64,000 nt of DNA from Neocallimastix sp. 'constans' (lineage: Eukaryota). The translations under genes and the position numbers were made by a program. The notes beneath the pieces are model-generated. The model saw nothing but the letters and a program-made list of their open reading frames with translations. It made no database searches and was not told the origin of the DNA. Of the stretch, positions 24,725 through 35,189 are shown piece by piece (position 1 is the first letter of the stretch; each line of letters starts with the position of its first letter). The stretch is from assembly GCA_050613775.1 (NCBI GenBank), contig JBODTK010000016.1, forward strand, positions 930,001-994,000, read 5' to 3'.

Positions 24725-27700
24725 TCAAGCTTCTCTGTAAGCGGAGTTAAACTTTACTAAATTTTTAAAATGAACATTCCTATCGAGTTGTTTCCCAGTT
24801 TTCTGATCGATTAAGGTTGCCGTGTTGAATTGAATTTTTAAAATTTTAAATGGTCCATTGTAATATGGTTCTAGCTTAGTGCGGCTAAAGTTTCTAACAA
24901 GAACAAGATCACCAGCTTTTAATTCTTTTCCTTTTTTCATACTTATTTGTTCTTCTCGTCTTGTTGCCCAATACTTGTTAGCATTCTTCACATTTTCGCA
25001 TGCTTCTCTAGTCCATTGATAATGACGAACAAATTTTTCCATTAAAATTTCATCATACGATTTACCTGCATTTTCAATTGTTCTTATGGCTATATCATAA
25101 GGCTGTTGGTCTTCTCTTCCATATACTAATTCAAAACTAGAATGTCCGGTAGCTGTGTTTTTGGTAGTTCGAAGTGCCCATAAAGCAGAAGGTAAAACTA
25201 CATCCCAATCTTGATTTTTCCTTCCTAATAAACGAAGTAATTTTCCAATTTCTTTATTTCGGTTTTCAGTGAGACCATTGGATTCAGGGTGATAGGTAGC
25301 TATGAATTTTACATAAACATCATAAAGATCAAGAAAGATTTTAGTCATATCAGAAGTGAATTGGACTCCATTATCTGTAGTAATAACTTGAGGCACACCA
25401 TGTCTTGCAAAAACGTTTATTAAAAATTTAATTATATCAGAGGAAGTTATGTTTTCAGTGGGTTCGGCTTCAACCCATTTGGTAAAGTAATCAACAGTTA
25501 CTATAATATATTGATTATTATTTCTTGTTTTTGGTAACGGTCCTATAATATCTAATCCTAAATGCACAAAGGGACCCTCCACTTTAGTTGGATGGTTTTC
25601 GGTTGGTTCTGGATATGGTTGAGGACGATTTAACTGGCATTTTTCACAATTACTAACAATTCTTTTGATATCTTTAATCATATGATTCCAATAAAAGTTT
25701 TTCTTAAGTCTTTGATATGTTTTGTAATATCCTTCGTGGCCAATATTATGAGCTTCTAAAATTAATTTAAACCTTTCATTTTCGTCCGTTATTAATTTTC
25801 TATAATTTCCATTGTCGATAAAATAATCTTCACCATCAATAACAGTAAACTTTTCATTAATAAATTCCTTTATAACTTTAGATAATAATTCTTCATTATT
25901 TCCATTAGTAATTTTTGTTAATAATATCTTTCTCTCTTCCTTACTTTTCATTCTTGAAAGAGCATCAGCTAACACATTCTTTTTGCCTGATTCATATTTT
26001 ATATTAATTCCGAGCATACTAGCGGTTAGACACCATCTTGTTTGCCTTGCATTCAAAGGTTCTTTATTCTTAAATAAACCAACTAATGGTTTATGATCTG
26101 TGTAAATAGTTGTAGGTAATGGATTTCCTTCAATATAAGATTTAAATTTAGTCATACAGTAAAACAAAGCGGTTCCTTCTAAATCGGTAATACCATAATT
26201 CTTTTCAGCTTTCTTTAAACTTCTACTTATAAAGTGTATTGGATGCTCCTTACCGGTTTCTTCTTCTTTTTGTAAAAGAACTCCACCAATTCCATTATAC
26301 GAAGCATCAGTTCTAATGATAAAAGGTTTGTCAAATGACGGAAATTTTAGAATAGGTGCATTGATTAATTTTTCTTTTAGGAGTTCAAAGCTTTCTTGTT
26401 GTTCTTTATTCCATTCATATTTGGTATTCTTTTTCAATAATTTACATAAAGGTGAGGTAATTTGAGCATATTTAGGAATAAAATCACGATAATATCCCAC
26501 TGCTCCTAAAAATGATCTTAATTCATGAAGTGATGAAGGGGCTTCCCACTTCTTAATAGCTGTTATCTTACTTTCCATGGGACTTAATCCTTTAGTAGTA
26601 AGTTTGTGACCTAATACATCAACTTCAGTTTGAAGAAAATGGCACTTTTCAATATTAATTTTTAACTTGTTTTCTTTAAATACTTCTAATACTTGTTTAA
26701 TATGAATTAAATGTTCTTCGATACTTTTTGAATAGATCAAAACATCATCAATAAATACATAAACAAATTCACCAATAAAAGGGAATAAAATTTTATTCAT
26801 TTCTCTTTGGAAGGTTGAGGGAGCTCCAGTAAGTCCAAAAGGCATAACCTTAAATTGATAATTTCCAAACTTAGTAGTGAAAGTGGTTACTTCAACGCTT
26901 TCTTCATCCATTAAGATTTGGTGAAAACCAGAAAATAAATCAAGAGTTGTAAATATTTTAGCTCCTCCGAGACTATCAAAAATTTCATCTATATATGGAA
27001 CTGAATAAGAATCTTTTTCTGTCATATCATTGACTTTTCGGTAGTCAATGCACAAGCGCCACTTTCCATTGTGTTTTAGAATGAGTACTACTGGAGATGA
27101 CCATTCTGAACAGGATGGTTCTATCAATCCTTTCTTAATAAGCTTTGTAAGTTCTTCTTTTAAGATATCTGATTTTAATTTAGTTAACCTATAACTTCTT
27201 AATTTTACTGGCTTTGCATTTGCTTTCAAACGGATCTTATGTGGTGAAAGTTTAGAAGGAGTTAGTTCTTCTGTTGAAGTGGCAACTATGTCAATCATTT
27301 CTTTGAGAATTTTAATAATTTGTTCTTTATAATCTTTATTTAAGGTACTTAAAAATTCATCACTCTCAATAAATTCCATTGGAGTTAATTCCTTTATAAT
27401 TTCCTTTTCATTATTCGTTTCTTCAACTTTTCTAATAGTGCAGATTATACTTTCTTCATCATAATATTGATTATTTATTTTAGCTATTTCTTCGTATTCA
27501 CTTTCTGACAAAAGTTTACATAGACTGTTTAAGGTTGGATGAATAAATAAACAATGATCGATTTGAGTTTTAAAGTTTATTAACATATCATAAAATGAGT
27601 CTTCTTTCTCAATAATTCTAAAGTCCGCATTAAATTCATAATTATTAATTTTTACTGGTAATCGAACAATAATTCCTTCCGAGTATTCTTCATCTTGTGT

Positions 27701-29635
27701 TGCTAGTTGGATTCTTCCACGACTTTTTCCAACTGTTTCATATTCACCAGGTAATTTATCAAAATACTGCTTAGTAACGATGCTTAGGTTACTACAAGAA
27801 TCAATTAAAAGTTTTCCTAGTACTCCGTCAACACTTGCATCAACCATTGCTAAGTCTTCTTCGGCTACTTCATTACTTTTACTTATGTAGCTATGGTCAT
27901 AGTTATTTACTAATAAAGTTCGTGCTATTACATTGTCTACAGTTCCAATTATTTTAGACTTTTCTAACTTTAAACCTTGAGTTAATTGTGAACGAATTTT
28001 AGGACATGCATTCAAGAGTTGACCTATCGTAATACTGGATTTAAGATTATTTAAATCATCCATAATATTGTAAGGTTCTTTATTATTCATCATTTTGATA
28101 TTCCTTTTTACTAATTGAGTATTTCCATTATTAGTTTCCTTAGTTTTTGTTGAAATTAATTTTTCCAAAGTATTAGTTTTATTTTGTTGATTATCTTTAT
28201 TCATTTCTAGATCTTCTATTTCATTATCGATTACAAGTATATCTTCAGATTCAACTTTTTCCTTTCCTTTTGATGAATAATTGTTGTTTTCTTCTTTACT
28301 TTCTCTTACTCTTGTCATATTTCTTAATTCCTTTTCTTTTTGTTTTTCTTTGTTAATATTTGGTTGAGTTAAAATTGAAGGAAGTATTTGATTTTTATAA
28401 ACTTTATTTGGTTTATTATGCAGCTCATTTTCTTTCTTCTTTCTTAAAGCAGGAGTTGCAAAAGGACGTGGATTATCTTTTAAACTTTTATGTACTTTCT
28501 TGGAATTATTTCCTTCTTTTTCGCTGTTATTATCATTCATTTTTCTTTTTACAGCATTTATAATGATATCATCCTCACTTTCAGTTGTGTCACTAAAATC
28601 AGATTCTTCAGATTCTTCGTTAAAGGAATTATTATCAATTGGAGTATTCTTAGTAAAAGTATTATTTTGTAAATTATTTAATGAAGCTATTGTTTTGTCA
28701 TTGGGAGTGCTTCTGCTCCCATTTAGAAGTTTAAAGACTTTTTTGGAATATATTTCTTTTTTATTTTTTTCCATAATCTTATTTAATTGAGGGCAATAGT
28801 ATGAGTAATGACCTTCTTCCTTACAGAAGAAGCAAGTTTTAACGGATAAATTTCTCATTTTCTGGGTTGATTCTTCTATAATATCTTGAGGTTTCGGTTT
28901 ATTATTTGTTTGATTTGTTTGGAAAGTTTCGTTTCTTCTTTTAGGATAAAGTCTTGAAGTAGTACTGTTTTGATTATTTTGATTATGTTGGGAATTATTA
29001 ACATTATAGGTATTAATATTATTGTTCCTTACAGAAAGTCTATCTACTTTCTCGGCAATTTTGAAAGCTTTATCCATACTTATATCATCTTTAAGGGATA
29101 ATTTCTTCCAGGCTTCATAATTATTTTGAATAGAATCAATATAATCTAGTACACCAATGCGCTTTCTTCTCTTTTTATCAAGTTTAGTGTACAAAGTTCT
29201 ATATCTTACATTAAAGTCTTTAATCTTTTCGTTTCTTTTAATTCGCATTGCACGAAGTTCTTTAAGAAGTAAATTTTGGTCTTCTTTAATACCGTAAAAA
29301 TTTTCAAGACTTGAAATAATTTTTTCAAGGGAAGGAAATTTAATATCATCATCAACATTTTCTTCTTCATCATCATCTTCTTCTTCATCTGATGAATCAT
29401 CACTTTCATCATCACTATCTTCTCCCAAATCTTCAATAACGCGTTGTACTTCACCAGAGCTGGTAAGTAAACAAGCATTAAATATTGTTTCTGGATCTGT
29501 AATACCTTGTATCTTGATCCAAAGTTTTAATTCAGTAGCCCAGGACTTAATATCTAAATTGTCCTTGCTAAGTTTCACAATATCTCTTAATTCTTTTTTC
29601 AATTCTTTAAAGCTCAAAGTTGTTTCCTTGGACAT
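24725..29635 (-). CDS. Gag-Pol polyprotein (gag with CCHC knuckle, aspartic protease, RT, RNase H, integrase with GPF/Y module); ~1636 aa from the first ATG
   Basis: CFFCKEEGHYSYYC; LLIDSCSNLSIV; WRLCIDYRKVN, LDLFSGFHQI, MPFGL, FIDDVLIY; IRTDAS; H-H-C-C, LDIIGP, TDNGVQF, ESNGLTE; YNGPFKI. The order PR-RT-RH-IN is diagnostic of Ty3/Gypsy. No chromodomain. Confidence 0.95.
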   Translation of the reverse strand: MSKETTLSFKELKKELRDIVKLSKDNLDIKSWATELKLWIKIQGITDPETIFNACLLTSSGEVQRVIEDLGEDSDDESDDSSDEEEDDDEEENVDDDIKFPSLEKIISSLENFYGIKEDQNLLLKELRAMRIKRNEKIKDFNVRYRTLYTKLDKKRRKRIGVLDYIDSIQNNYEAWKKLSLKDDISMDKAFKIAEKVDRLSVRNNNINTYNVNNSQHNQNNQNSTTSRLYPKRRNETFQTNQTNNKPKPQDIIEESTQKMRNLSVKTCFFCKEEGHYSYYCPQLNKIMEKNKKEIYSKKVFKLLNGSRSTPNDKTIASLNNLQNNTFTKNTPIDNNSFNEESEESDFSDTTESEDDIIINAVKRKMNDNNSEKEGNNSKKVHKSLKDNPRPFATPALRKKKENELHNKPNKVYKNQILPSILTQPNINKEKQKEKELRNMTRVRESKEENNNYSSKGKEKVESEDILVIDNEIEDLEMNKDNQQNKTNTLEKLISTKTKETNNGNTQLVKRNIKMMNNKEPYNIMDDLNNLKSSITIGQLLNACPKIRSQLTQGLKLEKSKIIGTVDNVIARTLLVNNYDHSYISKSNEVAEEDLAMVDASVDGVLGKLLIDSCSNLSIVTKQYFDKLPGEYETVGKSRGRIQLATQDEEYSEGIIVRLPVKINNYEFNADFRIIEKEDSFYDMLINFKTQIDHCLFIHPTLNSLCKLLSESEYEEIAKINNQYYDEESIICTIRKVEETNNEKEIIKELTPMEFIESDEFLSTLNKDYKEQIIKILKEMIDIVATSTEELTPSKLSPHKIRLKANAKPVKLRSYRLTKLKSDILKEELTKLIKKGLIEPSCSEWSSPVVLILKHNGKWRLCIDYRKVNDMTEKDSYSVPYIDEIFDSLGGAKIFTTLDLFSGFHQILMDEESVEVTTFTTKFGNYQFKVMPFGLTGAPSTFQREMNKILFPFIGEFVYVFIDDVLIYSKSIEEHLIHIKQVLEVFKENKLKINIEKCHFLQTEVDVLGHKLTTKGLSPMESKITAIKKWEAPSSLHELRSFLGAVGYYRDFIPKYAQITSPLCKLLKKNTKYEWNKEQQESFELLKEKLINAPILKFPSFDKPFIIRTDASYNGIGGVLLQKEEETGKEHPIHFISRSLKKAEKNYGITDLEGTALFYCMTKFKSYIEGNPLPTTIYTDHKPLVGLFKNKEPLNARQTRWCLTASMLGINIKYESGKKNVLADALSRMKSKEERKILLTKITNGNNEELLSKVIKEFINEKFTVIDGEDYFIDNGNYRKLITDENERFKLILEAHNIGHEGYYKTYQRLKKNFYWNHMIKDIKRIVSNCEKCQLNRPQPYPEPTENHPTKVEGPFVHLGLDIIGPLPKTRNNNQYIIVTVDYFTKWVEAEPTENITSSDIIKFLINVFARHGVPQVITTDNGVQFTSDMTKIFLDLYDVYVKFIATYHPESNGLTENRNKEIGKLLRLLGRKNQDWDVVLPSALWALRTTKNTATGHSSFELVYGREDQQPYDIAIRTIENAGKSYDEILMEKFVRHYQWTREACENVKNANKYWATRREEQISMKKGKELKAGDLVLVRNFSRTKLEPYYNGPFKILKIQFNTATLIDQKTGKQLDRNVHFKNLVKFNSAYREA

Positions 29636-29810
29636 TTTGTTTAAATATTTCTTGTTGTATATTAATGAGGTGATTAAATAAGAATAAATTTGGAAATACA
29701 ACTTTAAAAATATAATTTAATAGGTAATTTAATATCGAATCAATTTTTAAAACAATATATTTTAGTAACTTTTGAAAATAATAATTTTATTTGCTTTCTT
29801 TAGTAGATAT

Positions 29811-30000
29811 AAGCTCGAAATCCTTATCGACAACTTAGTAGAAATTATAAAGCACGAGGTTCTTTTCGACTACTTTATTAAGAATAATTTTTAAGTTCGA
29901 AATCTTTATCGACAACTCAATAGAATAATTTTAAGTTCGAAATCTTTATCGACAACTCAATAGAATATTTTTCAAGCTCGAAACCTTTATCGACCACTTG
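29811..30000. repeat. ~40-bp tandem repeat (about 5 copies) in the Gypsy leader
   Basis: AAGTTCGAAATCTTTATCGACAACTCAATAGAATAATTTT and variants. Confidence 0.85.
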
Positions 30001-31000
30001 AATTTTGTAATTTAGTATATTTGTAGTAATAAATTTAGAAGCAAAGTTTTATTTATTATTTTCACCTTTCAAAAATTTTTCTTTTTAAACGATAAATATT
30101 GTATTGTTATAGCTAATAAAATTATTAATTAATTATAATTATTAAATACAAAAAAATAATCTTTATTGTCGTACAATCTGATAGTACACACTGTCTGACG
30201 TGCAGCTTACCTAATGGTGTCATGCCACGCGTGTGCCACGATTACTATATTCAATATAAAATATAGCAGTTCAGAGCCTACTAGCCCAATTACTATGTAG
30301 GATAAACTTAATCCAATAATCTATGTACGGAATAAAAAAAATTTTAAAAGTATTCAATAATATTTTTATTAACTAATAAAAATTAACTAAAAACACAATA
30401 TTTTCAAGTAAATTAAGATTCTTTTACAGGAATTATTAAACAAATAAAGTATCAGTAATAAAAAAAAATAAAAAAAATTTAAATGGCGAAGTTAGCCAAA
30501 GTCTGATACTTTATATAATAAAGTGCCTTATAACTAGCACAAAGAAAAGTAAAAAAAAATATATATAAAAAAAACAATCTTACGCCTTCGGTGACGTAAG
30601 CTCCTTATTCGCCAGTGCTTGGAAAGTACCCGCACCTTCGTGTGTTGAAACGTTGAAGGCTGAACTATTATTACCGGGTCGGTAACCAAATACCTTCGTC
30701 TACTTTCCAATTAATCTCCAAATTAACTACTATTCAATAACCTACTATGAATAGAGTTAATTTGTTGCTATCTGAGAATACACTGTGTATGAGCTCTATC
30801 CGCTCCTTGTTATAATTTTACAAAATTTGTTTTTTTAGAATCTTAATTTTACTTATTTAAAAAAAATTTTTTTTTTTTATATATATATATCAAACAAGCG
30901 CCATAGGTTAATCAAAGGATTAACGACTTACTTGTTTATCAATATAAAATAAAAAAAATTAAAAAAAATCTATGTTATTTACTATTATTTCTATTTAATA

Positions 31001-31017
31001 CCCCGATATCTCCACCA
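31001..31017 (-). promoter_or_regulatory. Primer-binding site complementary to a tRNA 3' end (probably tRNA-Ala)
   Basis: Minus-strand TGGTGGAGATATCGGGG, 6 nt inside the 5' LTR boundary. Its complement CCCCGATATCTCCACCA resembles eukaryotic tRNA-Ala 3' ends (..CCCCGGCATCTCCA-CCA). Confidence 0.75.
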
Positions 31018-31023
31018 TATAAA

Positions 31024-31326
31024 TGTTAAGGTTTTAGAGAATTAAATAAAAATAAAGTAAGGAAACACAAATTTTATTTATTTATTTATTATTTTTATTT
31101 ATAAATTTATTTGATTTTATTTGATGATATTTAAAAATTAGTAGCAAAATTTACAACTATTTATACTTTTTTTTCAAGGCATAAAAGTTGTTCTTGCCAC
31201 TAAGTTACATTTTATTATTATTTTTCTTTTTATATATGAAACTATTAAATTTAAATTGATTTTTATAATCAATTATATAAAATTTAATTATAACAATATA
31301 AATAAAATACATTTATAATATTAATA

Positions 31327-31373
<47 letters not shown>

Positions 31374-31862
31374 CTATCTAAAATATTACTAATAAGAATT
31401 TATTTAATTGGCTAAAATTTTTATTACAATCTGTTAAAATATTCAAATAAAAATAAAAATACTATTCTAATATAAAGGTTTTTAATAAAATAAAATATTT
31501 TTCAATATAAAATAAAACATTTCGATATAAAATTTTATAATAAAAGTTAAAATATAATATATAAATTTTTAATTATCAATATATATAAAAATATTATTAA
31601 TACAAATTTTCATTATTAATATAAAAATAAAAAAATAAGATTTATTATTAATATTGTTAATATAAGTTTTAAATATATAAAAATATTACTATTAATATAA
31701 GATTTAATATAAAAATTATAAAGTTTAATATAATTTTTGATCTAATTTTTAATCTTTGAATTTAAAAATTTATTAAAGTACAAAAATAATAATGTACACA
31801 TAATGTATTAGAAATAAATCGTAGATTTAATTAAGAATGCATTATTTAGTACATTCTTATCA
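31024..31862 (-). repeat. 5' LTR of the Gypsy element
   Basis: Direct repeat of 23868-24706, adjacent to the PBS. Confidence 0.95.
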
Positions 31863-32548
31863 TTTAAAACATCCAATTTTTATAACTCCATAATAAATAA
31901 ATCAATGACTAACCATTACCATAACAAACTTTCATATAATGTTTTAAACTTTTATTAATTTCTTATTTTATCTTATTTTATTCTATATAATTATAAATTA
32001 TTATTTTAATTATATAAAAGGTTTAAATACTCAATAAAGTAAATGTTCTTCCTAATTTAATATGATACTTAATGAAACAATAAAATTAAAATACTTTTTT
32101 TATAATATCATATATATATATTTTACAATTAAAAAATAACAATATAAAATTTAAGATATAAATTTAAAAACACTCTTAATAAATTCAAATTTATTTTTAT
32201 TATTTTTTAATTAAAAATATAATTTTATTTATTTTTATTTTTTTTTTTTTTTTTTTATTAATATTATTATTTTAATTATAAATAACTTTTTAAAAATAAT
32301 TACTAAATTACAATCGAATCTGTTTCAGATTAAAATATATATACTTTCTTTTTTAATCTGAAACAGAAACAATCCAAAAAATATATATATATAATATTTT
32401 AAATGTTTTTTCTTTTAATTTGAACCTGAAAGGTTCAAAAAATAAAAAAAAAAAAATAAAATATTATAAAACATTATAAAATAATATAAATGGCTTTATG
32501 AAATATTAATAGTTTATATTATTATATATTTGCCTTTCTTACTTTGAA

Positions 32549-32809
32549 TTAGTCAATTGTACCTTGATAATTACTTTTAAATAAGTTATTTATAATTCTA
32601 ACAATCATTCCTTGATAAAAATTTATTTGTTCTTGTAATAACATCCTTCTATTTTCTAGATGTCTTAAAGTTTCCATTTCAAACATTATATTGTTATTTA
32701 AACTTCTGTAGAGATCAACTACATTAGGATTAACATTTTGACCTTGAGTATTATTCTCTCCCCCTTCTAATGGAATTTCGCCATTGATAACTTGAAGTAT
32801 ATAATCCAT
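32549..32809 (-). CDS. Small hypothetical protein (86 aa), possibly with a helical or coiled-coil C-terminal half
   Basis: ATG-started ORF with protein-like composition among ~90% AT flanks. No recognisable family. Confidence 0.4.
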   Translation of the reverse strand: MDYILQVINGEIPLEGGENNTQGQNVNPNVVDLYRSLNNNIMFEMETLRHLENRRMLLQEQINFYQGMIVRIINNLFKSNYQGTID

Positions 32810-33046
32810 TTCTATTGGGAATTAAGTTTTTTTTTTTTTTTGAAAACTAATAATAAAAAATTTTTTAATTAAATTTAAAGTAAAAAAAAATATATATATA
32901 TATATTTTATATATTTTTACTTTCAAATTTTAAAAAAATTTTTTCTCTCTTTCTTAAGGTATTTATAATTTTTAATATTATAACAGATATATATTAAATA
33001 TATTATTATTTTTTTTTTTTTTTTTTAATTTATAAAATATATATGA

Positions 33047-33108
<62 letters not shown>

Positions 33109-34431
33109 AATAAAGATCGTAAACAATAAAGATCAGTTTTAAATTAATATTAATATATTAATTTTTTACTATATCATAATTAATTAATACTTTATAATGA
33201 TAATTTAGTGAAAGAAAGTTAGGTTAGAAAATATTTAATGAAATATTATTGGTTAATAATAATTTAGTAATAATATTTATAGTAATTATGATATAAAATG
33301 AAATATTCAAACCTTAATTAATATAAAATTAGTTTTATTATTTAAACATAAATTAATGTCATAAATCAAATTTAAATCTAATGATTTTACAACAATTTCA
33401 ATATGTGGCTTGATTTCTATATATTAATTATATTTATAATTAATAATAAAATTTATAGCATAAAACAATGTTTTAATTATATTCTTTTTATTTTATATTT
33501 ATATTTATATAGTTATTAAATATTTCCTTAAATAATAATTATTAATAGTTTATTCTAATCACAAGAACAATTAATTAAATAGTTAATTATAACTAAATAA
33601 CATAAAAATAAAGCATTTCTCTGAATTAAGAGAATGGCTGTAGTCGAGTCGTTGTTGTGTAAAAGTTAAGATTAAAAGTTATAAGAAAGTTGTTAAATAG
33701 TCTTTTTAAATATATGTAGTTTTTATATAAAATTAAATAAATAAATAAATAATAAATTAATAAATTTAATAAATAAATCCCAACAAAAGTACATCGAACT
33801 TTTGAGTTGTATATCAATTAATAATAGTTTAAAGAGATTTTAGTAATTAATTACATTTTATTGGATAATTTTATTATATTTTTAACTAGTTAATAAATAT
33901 TTTACAATGTATTTATATTGATGAATGATAATAAATAAATAAACTAAATAAATTAAATATTAAAAAGTGTGAATATTATTATTGTGTATATTATTCTATA
34001 TAATATTAGAATATGTTATTTTGTCATTTATTCCCTTCCATATAAAATAAATATTGAAATGATAAATAAAATTTTAAATGTGTCATAGTAATGTACAAGA
34101 TAGGCAAGAATTAGAAAAGTGAATCCATAATATGAGAGATAGTCATGGCTAATCTGGTCTACAATTGCTTTATCTACCATGGGTTGTACAAGGCCATGTA
34201 TATGCATATCCAGGTGGATAGGGATCAATTTTATCAAATATTGATTCATCTAAGTTTTATTTTATTTTTTATTTTTTATTTTTCGTTTGTTTTTTTTTTT
34301 TTTTTGTTTCATTAATCTGTTTTCTTCTTCAACTTCAATTTCACTATTTAAATTATCTTAAAAAATTAAAGTACAATCTAAAAATTATAAAAATATAATA
34401 GAAATATTAAATAAAAAACTTTAATTTTTGG

Positions 34432-34803
34432 CTTCTTATTTTGAACAATTTTAAGTAATAATTATTTTCACCATTATCATTATATTAAAAATCTTATCAT
34501 AAAAATTTGTATTTTGCTTATATTAAAATTTTATTATTAATAATTCTAAATTACACTTCTTATTTTGAACAATTTTAAGTAATAATTATTTTCACCATTA
34601 TCATTATATTAAAAATCTTATCATAAAAATTTGTATTTTGCTTATATTAAAATTTTATTATTAATAATTCTAAATTACACTTCTTATTTTGAACAATTTT
34701 AAGTAATAATTATTTTCACCATTATCATTATATTAAAAATCTTATCATAAAAATTTGTATTTTGCTTATATTAAAATTTTATTATTAATAATTCTAAATT
34801 ACA
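34432..34803. repeat. 124-bp unit in three tandem, apparently identical copies
   Basis: CTTCTTATTTTGAACAATTTTAAG.. starts at 34432, 34556 and 34680. Confidence 0.92.
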
Positions 34804-35189
34804 ATTACTTTAAGTATAGACTAATAGCAATCATTTCTATTATAGCAGGATATATTTTATATATTGATAATAATAAGTTTAATTATAATTTTTTTTTTTT
34901 AAAAAAAAAAATTAAATTATTTATATAAATATGAAAGAATTTTTGATTTTCCATAATTATATAAAGTATTAAAATAAAAAGGAAAAAATAAAAATAATAA
35001 AAAATAATTTATATTTTTTTCTTTATTATAAATTAAAAATATAAGAAAAATATTTATCTATACATAATAAATAAATACTTATTCATTTATTATATACATA
35101 TGCAAAAAAAAAATCCAATTCATGGTGGAAATTAATTTAGACAACAATTCATTCATTAAAGAGTGGAACGACAAATATACCTCTAATAG

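Larger units (their letters stand above)
23868..31862 (-). mobile_element. Full-length, young Ty3/Gypsy LTR retrotransposon (~8.0 kb)
   Basis: 839-bp LTRs at 23868-24706 and 31024-31862 with TG..CA ends and no differences seen by eye. 4-bp TSD TTTA at 23864-23867 and 31863-31866. PBS and an uninterrupted gag-pol are present. Confidence 0.97.

Noticed and set aside
29636..29701. N-terminal extension of Gag-Pol from the ORF track (start 29701)
   Set aside because: It uses a non-ATG start; the first ATG in an A-rich context is at 29635 (MSKETTL).
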